Shown here: positions 1-11,800 of the stretch, piece after piece
Layout: the number at the start of each line of letters is the position of its first letter
How positions within the stretch are numbered: position 1 is the stretch's first letter
Source of the DNA: Asterias rubens
Lineage: Eukaryota
Direction: 5' to 3'
Assembly (NCBI RefSeq): GCF_902459465.1
Contig: NC_047067.1
Coordinates: forward strand, 20,584,001-20,648,000
Length of the DNA stretch: 64,000 nt
Position numbers and translations under genes: made by a program
Notes under the pieces: model-generated
The model's input: only the letters and a program-made list of their open reading frames with translations
What the model was told of the DNA's origin: nothing
Database searches by the model: none

Positions 1-692
1 ATGGTCATTGGCTAAGGCTATGGCCATTGGGCTAAGGCTATGGCCATTGGGCTATGGCTATTGGGCTAAGTCTGTGGCCATTGGGCTAAGGCTATGGCCA
101 TTGGGATAAGGCTATGGCTATTGGGCTAATTAATGGTCATTGGGCTAAGGCTATGGTCATTGGGCTAAGGCTATGGTCATTGGGCTAAGGCTATGGTCAT
201 TGTGCTAAGTCTGTGGCCATTGGGCTAAGGCTAAAGCCACTGGGCTAAGGCTGTGGTCATTTAGCTAAGGCTATGGCTATTGGGCTAAGGCTATGGTCAT
301 TGGGCTAAGGCTATGGTCATTGGGCTAAGGCTATGGTCATTGGGCTAAGGCTATGGTCATTGGGCTAAGGCTATGGTCATTGGGCTAAGGCTATGGTCAT
401 TGGGCTAAGGCTGTGGCCATTGGGCTAAGGCTATGGTCATTGGGCTAAGGCTAATCCATTGGGCTAAGGCTAAAGCCGTTGGGCTAAGATTGTGGCCATT
501 GGGCTAGGTATATATCCATTGGGATAAGGCTATAACCATTGGGCTAAGGCTGTGGTCATTGGGCTAAGGCTATATCCATTGGGCTAAGGCTATGGTCATT
601 GGGCTAAGGCTATATCCATTGGGCTAAGGTTGTGGCCATTGGGCTAAGGATATATCCATTGGGCTAAGGCTATTAACATTGGGCTATTATTA
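1..692. repeat. 20-bp minisatellite (consensus GGCTATGGTCATTGGGCTAA), running off the window start
   Basis: Perfect 20-bp periodicity over about 301-420; 19-20 bp variants elsewhere; no spacers. Confidence 0.95.
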
Positions 693-1237
693 AGACCTTT
701 GGGCTGCAACTACGGCGGCGATTCTGCCCCGGTGATTTTGTTCCCCCATACGGCGAGCTGTATACACATTTATTCTGGTAGCGCCCTCTTTGAATCGACC
801 TCCTACAGACCATGTTCGCTTTCCTACAATGGGGACGGATTTCCCAATAGGACTCCGGCGCTATCCACTGCCCAAAGCTGTCAATTTGGACAGGGTTATA
901 CAATGATTTCAACATACGAAACAAACAAGATTACTGCATTCAAATAAAGTTCCACTGAACAATGTTTTACTTCCTAAACAAATACATTTGGAATACATTT
1001 AATGTTTTTAAAACAAAACAAAATAATGAAAACGTCAATGTGACCCTAATAAATAATTTGGGGTTGAACAAAGAAATATTTACTGGAGTAGGATATGGAT
1101 CAAGAAGGAAATGACTAATAAACCTTTTGTTTTGCCGTCTCCTTTTCCCCACAGATATCACCCTTTAAGCCTGCCTCATTCACTAATTAATGTTTCCTTT
1201 CTTAGCACCCTCGATATTGTCCTTTGTGTTTCCATCA

Positions 1238-1470
1238 GGGGCATTGTTGGCTTGTGCGTAAAGCGCTTGCCTCTCACCAAGGTGACCCCGGTTCGATTCC
1301 CGGTCAGGGCCATATGTGAGTTGAGTTGTGCGTTAGTTCTCTGCTGTGCCACGAGGGTTTTCTAGACCATCCGGTTTTCCAGACCATCCGGTTTTCCTCC
1401 CTCGTGAAAAATCAAACAATTTTGATCTCTGGCTGTGCTCCGTGGTCATAATGGGTTGATGTGGCTCCGC
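1238..1470 (+). mobile_element. tRNA-derived SINE with a V-domain-like core
   Basis: B-box GGTTCGATTCC at 1290-1300 after a tRNA-like head. Core GGTTTTCT...CCGGTTTTCCTCCC resembles V-SINE-type domains. Internal direct duplication of AGACCATCCGGTTTTCC. Confidence 0.6.
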
Positions 1471-1819
1471 TAGGGTCGAACCGTCAAGCCATGAACTGTT
1501 TTTGATATTTATACCATCGGTCCATTTGGTTAGTAGTTAGTAGTTTGTATAACAGCTTATGTTGTTTTATAAAAAAGAAAGACCAATTTATCAAATTAAG
1601 TAAATAATAAAGTAATTGAATAAACAAATACAAACAAAAGTAGAAGCTGAAAGCCGATTAGAAAGCTCACAGGTGATGACGTTCATACCATTATATGGTT
1701 CCTTCAGAAACAAAATGTATTTCCATTTTGGAAGAATCTGTGGTTGGAGGAAATGTTAGTGGTGTGACAAAGCGCTAAATTAAGAGCTCGTTATTATTAT
1801 TATTTAATGTGAAAGTTAA

Positions 1820-2321
1820 AGGCACTGGTTATTAGTGAAACTAATTGTTCGCATAAAACCTTACTTGGTAAAGAGCAATGGAGAATTGTTGATAGTATAA
1901 AACATTGTGAGAAACGGCTTCCTCTGAAGTGACGTAGCTTTTGAGAAAGAAGTAGTAGTCCAGTCTAATTTCTATACCATCCGCCCTGGTAATAGTTAAA
2001 AAGCAGGACAGTTCTTTTCAGAACTGAGAAGTCTCCCGAACCTCCGATTATCTACTCCACGGCAGTAGAATAAAGCAAGACAGTTCCCTAAGAACAACTC
2101 TACCTGGCAAGTAGATACACACATGGTGTTACCGCAAACCAAATATACAAGTATTTTCTCACCAAAATATTTGCATTAAATTTGAGATCTCAGCTGAGCT
2201 CTTGAATGCAATCATCTGAAAGCACTCAACCTTTTGGTTTGTTATTTTATGCATAATTTATGTAGAGATACACCCAGTGAGAAGACAGGTCTTTGACATT
2301 AACTCAAGGTGTACAGTGCTT
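1820..2321. mobile_element. Non-autonomous DNA transposon (Kolobok-like, TTAA-flanked)
   Basis: TTAA at 1816-1819 and 2322-2325; termini AGGCACTG / CAGTGCTT are inverted (7/8 match). Confidence 0.6.
1955..2153 (+). mobile_element. Nested insertion related to the 3' part of the hammerhead-bearing repeat family
   Basis: Flanked by the direct repeat AAGTA (1950-1954, 2149-2153). Contains hairpin CAGTTCT-TTTC-AGAACTG and CATGGTGTTACCGCAAACC, also present near 48410. Confidence 0.5.
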
Positions 2322-3223
2322 TTAAGAACCCATTATTATTATTATTTAATGTGAAATTTAAAGCTCAAAGTCAGATACAAACAAATACTGCAAAGTAGAT
2401 TGACTGTTCTTACTGTTTTTACTTTCCAAACATCGGTCTTTTAGAATCACAATATCAATACTCCCTTTTTACAAAATGTTTAATGATACAAGTTTTTCGA
2501 AGGTCGTGAATGACAAAATAACTTTTGAATTATTTAAGGCAAATTTTGCATCGTAACCATATCTTTGTACTGCAGGTTATGCTCACATCTCTGAAACTTG
2601 ATACCTGTCATCGTACCAATTTTGTGCATAACCAGATTTATTTATTTATTTATTTTATTTATTTTAATTCTTCGGACAAAAAAAAAGCAAAACAATAAAA
2701 AAAAGCAAAACAATAAAACAAGCACAGGCCGTCCAGGGAAGGGCAAAAGTCCAAAAACTGTCATCAAAAAAGATGTGCTCTCCCAGACCTAGCTCATAAA
2801 AAATACACATTATATACTATACATTAAACATTCTAAAATTGCAGTAAAAGTTTTAACAAAAGATGGCAAGTAAAAAGCAATAACACAAACGATAAACACA
2901 AGGTACTTTTTCAAAATGTCCACAGATTCACAACAAACCTACAGGGCCCGAAGACAATGAAGTAGAAAGCCTCCCCCGAAATACCATACACTCCGACGAG
3001 GAACTGCAGCCCCCGAGAAATGAGCAAAACAAGCCACAAAACATATTTCGTCTCAGTGAGATGAACACTATTATAGCATGCAAAAACCCATCAACCAGCC
3101 ATGATATTATATTTGATTTCATGCGTGTTTTTATTTCAACAATTCAATAAGCTTGACGTTTGAAGTTTAAAATTATACTCTTGCCGAAAATGCTTGGATT
3201 TCAGAGTTGTTGATTGAGCTGTA

Positions 3224-4507
3224 TTATAATAACATAAAGAGGTAAATGAAATAACTTAAAAGCCACACCACCAGGAATACTACTAAGAATATATGACCCA
3301 AAAACGAATACCAGAAGTCGTTACCAGAGTTAAGTACTGTCACGTTGTACTTGCGCATTACACTCTCATAAAGTTGAATGAGTCGCTCATCCATTGTCTG
3401 TTTATGGTGAACCGTAATTACAGCAATGCCTTTCTCAAACACCTTCCTGACGAAATATTTACGATAAAGTGAGACGTAAATTTGGAAGCCTTCGCCGTTG
3501 CGAGGCGTTATTCCGGCTCGTTTCATGACTAAGCCAAAGAAGACATCGTCCCATGGTAAGAAGCGAACGTGTACGGACTCCTTGAAGATCGTACTCGCTA
3601 CGTCACTGGACATGACGTAACAGCCACCTGGAAAGAAAGGTGGATAAGTTGGTTCCGGGTACAGTTCAACCGGAGTATACCATTTGTTGCTCGCTCCGTC
3701 CGGATCCCGGTATGGCGTCCAGTTTGTCTTGAGACTTCCTTCAGCATATAGAAGCTTAGGTTTGTCAATCAGACGTTTTACAAGGTTATATACATTTAAC
3801 ATGATATCTGAATCCACACTAGCAACATAAGTAGCTACTGTGCACCATGTACTAGCCCACCGTAAACCCATCATGTTCTTTATGGTAAGGTTAAGGTACG
3901 CATCTGTGAAGTTCTCTTGAATGATATCGTTATACTTGTAACTTTCACGGAATACGCTTCTTTTCACGCCGGCATGAGCGGTCTCACCAAGTAGAAACAT
4001 TGTCAATGTCAGATGATTGGAAACATTCTGTATACTGCCCCAAGTTCGTCGTATTTGCACCCGGTCAAAGAAATCTTCCGGTCTTGTTTTGACGAGAATC
4101 AGTAGAAAAAGTGGCATGTTCCATTTCTTAATCGCCTTGGTACAAGCCTCCTGATTGGTTATTGTAAATTCAAATCCATGTGGATTGATGATCTTCTCAC
4201 TGTACAGTGGCGGATAGACTGTAACATTAATGGATGTACTATTTGGGTTGTCCTGGTGACGAATAGATGACGTAGGCAATTCGGAATAGCCGCCGTTGTC
4301 AACATGAACACGATGACGCGCTTTACGGTGAAACATGAAGCTTGGGTTCATCTCCTGGTCGTGTAGAAGAAGAAACCCCTGGTTAGGTGTGTCCTCCTGG
4401 TCACCGTCGTCTACTCCAGTAGAAATCGTCAGAATCAACCAACTTACTAAATAAAAGCTCAATACAATTGTGCTGAGTATATTGAACTGTCTCGTACCGA
4501 TCCTCAT
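3224..4507 (-). CDS. Intronless GT31-family beta-1,3-glycosyltransferase (B3GALT/B3GNT-like), 427 aa, with C-terminal hydrophobic tail
   Basis: Motifs RVQIRRTWG, DAYLNLTIK, DSD (DxD), YPPFFPGGCYVMS, WDDVFFG. The ATG at 4507 (MRIGTRQ...) precedes an N-terminal signal-anchor and is preferred over the GTG start at 4666. Confidence 0.9.
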   Translation of the reverse strand: MRIGTRQFNILSTIVLSFYLVSWLILTISTGVDDGDQEDTPNQGFLLLHDQEMNPSFMFHRKARHRVHVDNGGYSELPTSSIRHQDNPNSTSINVTVYPPLYSEKIINPHGFEFTITNQEACTKAIKKWNMPLFLLILVKTRPEDFFDRVQIRRTWGSIQNVSNHLTLTMFLLGETAHAGVKRSVFRESYKYNDIIQENFTDAYLNLTIKNMMGLRWASTWCTVATYVASVDSDIMLNVYNLVKRLIDKPKLLYAEGSLKTNWTPYRDPDGASNKWYTPVELYPEPTYPPFFPGGCYVMSSDVASTIFKESVHVRFLPWDDVFFGLVMKRAGITPRNGEGFQIYVSLYRKYFVRKVFEKGIAVITVHHKQTMDERLIQLYESVMRKYNVTVLNSGNDFWYSFLGHIFLVVFLVVWLLSYFIYLFMLL

Positions 4508-6263
4508 ATTGCACTGAAAATAAAGTCCCAAACAGCACTGAAAATGGCTGCCTTGTCTGTTTGTAGTGAATGCGACGTGGAATAGATAATGAAAGGTCGA
4601 CAATATTTGCATACTCCAGTTCATTATGATATACAAAATATTGGCAAAGCAAAATGTAATCCACAAAATACGTGGCAGTCTTCACCTTTGGATTGGTGAT
4701 CCTTGCTCTATGGTGTGTTACTACTGATATTAGGGGATACAGTCATGTTCACTGGGTTCAGTGGTTATGCGTCACTGGGGGGGCGTAAAGGTCATTGCAA
4801 TTAGAGTTTTCCTTCCTGCGTGTATAAGTCTCTTCATGATAACACTAAGTTACCCATAGGGCAGGTCAGATTTAGGTTTGCATACAAGGATTGGGTAAAC
4901 ACAAATACAGTTCCAGTGAAGTTTTATGTTCATTCCTACATTGATGTGTTAATCATTTAAATCATAGAACAAGTAATTAGCTGGAGATGGACTTCAGACT
5001 TTGACTTGCGTTATGATCCCACTGGTCACGTTGCTAGCGGTGCACTCATCACTTCCCATGTGTGTGTTTGTGATTAAACTTCGAAACATCGAAAAGTCTA
5101 ATTATTCGTGAGGCGGACGCCATCTTAGAAACCTTATGCCCAGAGTTCAAGAGTTTTATTAAGTGTGTTAAGTTTTGATTGTAAACTTCTCTTTTAAGAT
5201 TCAATTTATTTTGTTTAACCACTGATTAATAAAATGTGAAAGAGCTGTAACCAGATTGTGTCTGGACAAGAATGGTATAACAGTCTCTTATTAGCGATAC
5301 GACGTGCACGTGAAAATCTGTAATTTATCAATACTTGTTGTGCCACAACCACTATCAATACATGTTAGTTCCATTTGTTCTTGTGTGATGTTATTATTAA
5401 TTTATTGCATACCGGCAGTATACAAAACTAGATCAGGGTATACATTTATATTCAAGTGAACTTCTAGATGCAACTTTGACAATAAAATTATGCCTTTGAA
5501 GACATCTGGATTTAATGTTGCAACCGACGAAGCCCGACGCCTGCCTATAGAATCCGAAAAGAGCAGTTTCAAGTTTCAATAGAGGGCGCTTGTTATGTCC
5601 TTTGCCACGTAGGGCCTACCCTGTATACCACACATATGGACATCTGTATACTGCGACGATAGGATATAACATGAATAATAATGAATACATATACAACAAA
5701 ATCAAAACAAATAATTGTTTGCTTTGTTGCCGATTTAGGTAATTATTTTTTACATTTACCCGAAAATGCGTCCGTCAAAGAAAATAATGTTAAAATAAAA
5801 TATAAATAAATACAAATAATAGGCCTTTGTTAACATGTCTATCATATAATTTTTTTCTTTTCTGGAATTGTCTGTGTGTCGTCACAAAGTAAAAGGAAAG
5901 GCATACAATGTTAAAAATTGGAGGTTTATTTGCGTGGACCATTATTTTCTACTGAACACATGCACTCACCTGAAGGCATAATGCCCCTTTAAATTCAATT
6001 CAACTCGTGCGAAACGGCATCAGTGCAGTGTGATGGGGATGTATGAAGATTAGTTTTTTTAATGGATTTGTGCTATAGCAGTTTGATGTGTATTATATTT
6101 TGAATCTCAAGGGCGATTGCAATAATTGTCGCGATAGAACAGCTGCGCCATCTTGGTGTATTCAACCACCATCACGTGTATGTGGCTTCAACAAAATTAC
6201 TGTACTTATACTATTACCTATGTGGACCTGAGGTTAAGGTTGCGGTCATAGAGGAACACCAAT

Positions 6264-7364
6264 ATGTACACTCTGATCAGAAAGAAACTGAAATTCCTCA
6301 TAACATCATGTGCAATATGCTCCGTCGTTTTATGGTTATTTGATAAGGAATTAATGGTGGAAACGAACGACGGGTCGGTGTACAGCGACGACGTGATAAA
6401 TGCACACGATTTCCATTTTACCATTGCGAACTATGACAAATGCTGGAATGGCACCGACGCAACGATGACCCCATTCCTTCTCATACTCGTGAAAACAGGT
6501 CCACAGAACTTCTACGATCGCCAGCAGATTCGCCGGACATGGGGAGGAACGAAGATGGTTCTGAATGAACTGGTATCCACCATGTTTTTACTAGGGATGA
6601 GCAGTGATATGGAGTTAAACCAACGCATTACTAAGGAGAGTCAAGAATATGAAGATATTGTGCAAGAGAATTTCTTTGATTCCTATCATAATCTGACTAT
6701 TAAGATCATGATGGGATTGAAATGGGTCGCTACATTCTGCTCTAATGTATCCTATGTAGCGAGTGCAGATGCTGATATAATGTTAAATACAGTCAACCTT
6801 GTTAATCGGTTATTAAGTAAACCACGCAAGAGGTACGCTGAAGGTACCCGTATGAGAAATGTGGTACCAGTGAGGGACCCAAACGCACATAACGGCAAAT
6901 GGTATACTCCGTTTGAGTTGTACCCAGACCCGACGTATGCACCATTCTTCCCTGGTTCATGCTACGTGATGTCCGGTGATTTAGCCTGGTGGATCTTTCT
7001 GGAGTCCAGAAAGGTGAGGTATCTACCATGGGACGATGTCTTCTTTGGACTAGTCTTGCAGAGACTAGGTGTTGATCCAGCACACGGCGCGGGGTACGGT
7101 CTGTATGTCAAACTATCCAGAAATTTGACAATAACGTCAGTTTTAATGAAGGGAATTGGAGTATTGATACCTCACCGGGAAAATAGTACTGATGAAAGAT
7201 TGTTGCAATTGTGGAATCAAACTATGGCATTAAGCGAGCGTCGAATAATCAACTCTACCAACAGAGATGTGTCACTAGTACTATGCGGCATCATTTTGTT
7301 TTCTATACTTCTCATAATTTTCATTTTGGGATTCTTTTATATACTGGTATCGTTTAGTTTTTAG
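6264..7364 (+). CDS. Intronless GT31-family beta-1,3-glycosyltransferase, 366 aa, paralog of the previous gene, with C-terminal hydrophobic tail
   Basis: Motifs RQQIRRTWG, DSYHNLTIK, DAD (DxD), YAPFFPGSCYVMS, WDDVFFG. Basic residues plus a hydrophobic N-terminal signal-anchor. Confidence 0.92.
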   Translation: MYTLIRKKLKFLITSCAICSVVLWLFDKELMVETNDGSVYSDDVINAHDFHFTIANYDKCWNGTDATMTPFLLILVKTGPQNFYDRQQIRRTWGGTKMVLNELVSTMFLLGMSSDMELNQRITKESQEYEDIVQENFFDSYHNLTIKIMMGLKWVATFCSNVSYVASADADIMLNTVNLVNRLLSKPRKRYAEGTRMRNVVPVRDPNAHNGKWYTPFELYPDPTYAPFFPGSCYVMSGDLAWWIFLESRKVRYLPWDDVFFGLVLQRLGVDPAHGAGYGLYVKLSRNLTITSVLMKGIGVLIPHRENSTDERLLQLWNQTMALSERRIINSTNRDVSLVLCGIILFSILLIIFILGFFYILVSFSF

Positions 7365-8514
7365 AGTTCATGTTTTGACTTTTTTCTCTCGCCGATTGTT
7401 TCTACTCAACATGTAAAACACAATCCTTTTCGAATTGTCTGTAAAAGGTGCAAACCTTTAAGACACAATAAAAGAAGTTCTACGCATTCAAACCACATAG
7501 AAATCATCTTCAAGAAATTATTGATTTCATAAAAAGGTGGCTAGTTAATGGAATGTTTGGTATCCAATTTAGTTTTGTTTTTGTGTATGTTGTTCCCAGG
7601 ATCTTTCATCTGTATTATTATAAACATAATGGACAATTGGTGATCAATGGTTTATACAGAGTATGCTTATAGTCCAATATCGATTATCTGTAAAATGATC
7701 AATAATGAACGATAAGTGAGCAATGGTCTCTAAAACAGTTTAGGTCCCACTGACTTAGGCCTATTATGATCACTCAAAGTTTGTTTATAGAGGTATATTG
7801 GACACAATCATGTTCAAAAAAGCAAGATTGAAAAACTTACATGAATTTTGGGAAATATTTATTACATTGTACACGACAAGACGAATAAAAATAAACTCTA
7901 TTTGTTAAAATATTGAAATCACACGTAGCACCTTTACTACAATATAAGCTCTTGATTTCTTTAATCGGCATGTTACTAATTACAAAACGTCTCATTTATA
8001 TACACAAAGCTACACATGAACTTAAAAGTATTAACATATTATTTCAATACAATATTTACATACTCTACATGGAGATCTAAACTACGGTAAAATCACCTTT
8101 TTATAGGCGAGTAAATTGAAATACACTCACGCGACATAAAACACAGCAACAATTTACCGATTTAAGTATAACTATTTTATTTCTACATCTTATCCCACAA
8201 ACACTTATGAGCCTCGTTTGCAATTTAGCTTTACATTGTTTTAAACACAAAACACTTACTCAATATCAAAACTTTAAACGTTACAACTCCCTTACGTAAT
8301 TACGTTGAATACGTTTCATATCGAAACGTTTTAGACACTTTAAACGTAAAAATATGTATACTAAAGCGTAGATACATATACGCTATACAAGACTTCGATA
8401 TTTAATAGTATTATACTTGGGACATAATGACACTCTCACAGTGTTTCCTGTGCTATTATCCTTTCCAGAAGCAAACAATTGAAGTTTTCCTGTCACTAGA
8501 TTCACGTCACACTG

Positions 8515-8618
8515 AGTTTCACTCAAATAATCACTCGTTGTTTTCACTCCAATCTTCACTCGTTGTTTTCACTCCAATCTTCACTCGTTGTTTTCACTCC
8601 AATAATCACTCGTTGTTC
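8515..8618. repeat. 25-bp tandem repeat (about 4 copies) about 200-300 nt downstream of the Wnt9 stop
   Basis: Unit TCACTCGTTGTTTTCACTCCAATCT repeated at 8531, 8556, 8581 plus partial copies. Confidence 0.9.
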
Positions 8619-8815
8619 TGCCTATACGAAGATTTGAGTTTCGGCAATGACGAGTTTTAAGGAAGTTTTGTTCTTCAAGTTGTTCACTGTGATGTCAAAG
8701 CACACGGTAGATAGGCGCGGTGACTTTTGTTGCCGCATTCATAAAAACATGAAATTGTTTTCATGAACAATTTGATTTTAGATTTCCATGGTTTCATTCA
8801 AATTGTAATGTGCAG

Positions 8816-11800
8816 TTATTTACACAAATGAAGTTCTTCTCTTGCGATACATTCCTTACAGATGACTTCACAACACCATTGGAATCTACACTCACATCTC
8901 TTGGTAACTAGTACACTGCGTATGTTATAACCCCTACCACAGCAAATGCTACCACAGTTCCAATCCTTATCACACTGTCTGCCCCTTGTGCCCATCGTGT
9001 ACGGACTAGCCTCGCAAAAGTCCGGCGACCGATCGATGTAGACCAGGTCGTGCTTACCGGGGCCTGAGCGTGAAACAACGGGGGAGTTAGTCAGAGGAGT
9101 GGCTGGTGTCCGCTTAGGGGGTTTCCGTCTTCGTTTGACGTGTCGTACCAGTTCGTTAGCACCATGTGCAGTATTAGCAAGTTCGACCATAACGGCTCTA
9201 TCGTATATAGCTTTTAAAAGTTTCCCCGTCTCTTGAAGACGGTTCAATTGATGCCAACATGTCTCGGATGTACACGATCCAGAAACGCCATGACACTTGC
9301 AAACCTTTCTTGCGCTCTCCTCAACAACCTGTGACGGACACAAAGGAAAATAATGTATTTTTAAACTGAACGACATGGTATAACGGCCGAATACAGTAAG
9401 CACTCGTTGCGAGGTGATTTATTTTTAATTCCTTTACAGTGTGTCATTGCCAGTATAATGATATAGCGCCCTCTGTTTGCACGTCTCGTCACCGTTCAGG
9501 CTTTCCCTCGGATTGAGTTCTTGTTTGCATCGAACTATCGCGCAAAAGCAAAAAGTGATCGATATCAAATAAACGTTGAAATGGAAATCAAACTATTCCA
9601 GAAGTGACATTAAGATTTTAAAATGTGTCATTCGAAAACTTTGAAATATTGACCAAAAACTTGTTTCAAAACGTCCCTTCCCGAAAGCAGATTTCCATGT
9701 CGATATGTCAAAAGAGCTGCCAAAGTCTTTGGGTAAAGCAACAACAAATCCTGCAGAGGCCTGTAAGAGAAGAACATACGAGCCATGCAAAAATGCGTTT
9801 TCATTTGTGCTGGTTTTGATTGGTTCTTGTTTTTGTTTTAGTTGGGTGTGAAAGTTTGTTTTATTTTGTTTTGGTAAACATACATTTTGTTCAACACTGT
9901 TCTGCTTAAAAAAATGTTAAACTTTACCTGTGCATAATTCTGTACTACCAAGTAAAGCCCTGGTTAAACTTACCCTAATTCCTAGATTCGTATTATGTCT
10001 GTCAATCTTTGCCCTGACGTCTCTACTTCGAGGTAGATCTCCCTTCTTAGGCATGAGAAATCTCTCCACAAACTTCTGACTATATTTAAGATTGTCTCCA
10101 CATCCTCCCCATTTCCAAGTATCTCTATTGGTTTCTTCAGAATAGTAGCTTGTGTCGCATGAACATCTCTCCATGTTACCTTGACTACAGGCCTTGGCTA
10201 CGGAGTAGGTTAAACCAGCTGATGAGATGGCGTACAGAAATGCCGTCTCCCTCATCCCTGCGTATAAGAAGCAATGGAAATTGATGAATATTCATGATGT
10301 ATTCATACGTCATGGCCAGTGACCCTTCACCTGTTGAGTTTGTCCCAACATTGCGACGTCCAGTTATGTTCAACGTGTGTCTTTTGTGGAGACCGCAAGA
10401 TATGTTCTCAGGCAGTTTTATTTTGTGAAATGTACTTCGTTAAAAACACAATGATTTAAATTAAGTGTATTGAAAGTATTATTTCCCCAAAACCCTACAA
10501 GTAGATCTTTTAAAATTTGTGCTGCCAAAATCTTAAGTTTTCTTCAATCTGCTTTTCAGTAGTAGTCCCATATATCCATTTCCTTGTTCAGATGTTACAC
10601 TACCAGAAGTTAGTGTTCAATCATTTATGTTGGTTGATTCCATATTCAGTGTGGTGAGGAGGCAGGAATGTTAATTGTATCTGATTAAACACAAACAAAG
10701 CATAAAACACAGAGAAATTGACATAAATTGGAACATCGAGGATGCGCGGTTAACCACATAAGAACCGCTTGAGACTTGGCGTCATTAATCATTCTTTATT
10801 AACATAAAACATCAAAGGATCGGCTCATTAAACATGTGATTTTGATTATTTGTTTTATTTTGTTTTCAAACCCCTTCTAAGAAAAATTGTTTCATGTGGT
10901 CCTTTACTTGAAACAATATGCTTCTAGTTGACTGGAATTGTTTATACATCAGTGAACATGTTACTTTATAAATGTATTTACCGCCTCTACTCTTATTCGT
11001 TATTCAAAATAAATATATATTCGGTCATCTGGTTTATACTGACCAACTCATAATATTATAATGAAGACTGGGTCAAACTTCATCTTTGAAAAGTTAATAT
11101 AGAAGTATAATATAAGAACAAACTGAACAATGAATACAATAATAAATTACTGGAAATACAAATTACTTTAAGAAGAATCAATTTACACTTTGTTCTCCAA
11201 TTGCAAAGATTCTCAAGAATCAAAGGGAAAAGTGAAACTCTTTCAAATTCAAATTCCTCTTTCCCAAAATGTCTAAACTTTCTTGTATTCTCTGGGCAAA
11301 TACCATTGTTGGGGGTTTTCATCTAAAATTTGGGTCAAGTCCACATAAGACGTGGTGCCGTCGGCGACTCTCTTTTGAGAGCGGCTTCCAATAAAGCAGC
11401 AGACCATGTTTTATGGGAGATAGTCGCGTAGTAAATTTGGCGGATGATTTAATGCATTATGACTTTTATGTCTTGCCAATTGAAACAGCCGTGTCCAACT
11501 GCTGTAATGAGCGGAGACCACCACTGCAAGATCCAGACTAAACTGTCCTTAAGCAACACAGAAAGAAACTTAAGCTCAAAGGGTTTGCTGCTTAGCAATT
11601 GCTCTAAAGGAATTGTAACCAGTCACAACAAGTGTACATTACTCGATGTTTTTGCTGGTAACAAGCTTTGGCCGGGCGGACTTTCTGTCTTTCGCAGGTT
11701 TTTTTCCATAACAATTATTGTCTTAAAAATTTAAATAAAATAAATAAAAAAAAGCTCAGCATAAATCCACTTTTTTTTTTCAACGATCATTTGGCAACCT

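Noticed and set aside
1-692. CRISPR-like or coding interpretation of the tandem arrays
   Set aside because: Units abut with no unique spacers, the context is eukaryotic and there are no cas genes; this is an ordinary minisatellite.
2928-3122. 64-aa ORF downstream of the first GT31 gene
   Set aside because: No recognisable domain or splice support; this length is expected by chance.
4508-4666. 53-codon N-terminal extension of the first GT31 ORF
   Set aside because: It begins at a GTG and has no family similarity; the ATG at 4507 gives the expected signal-anchor position.
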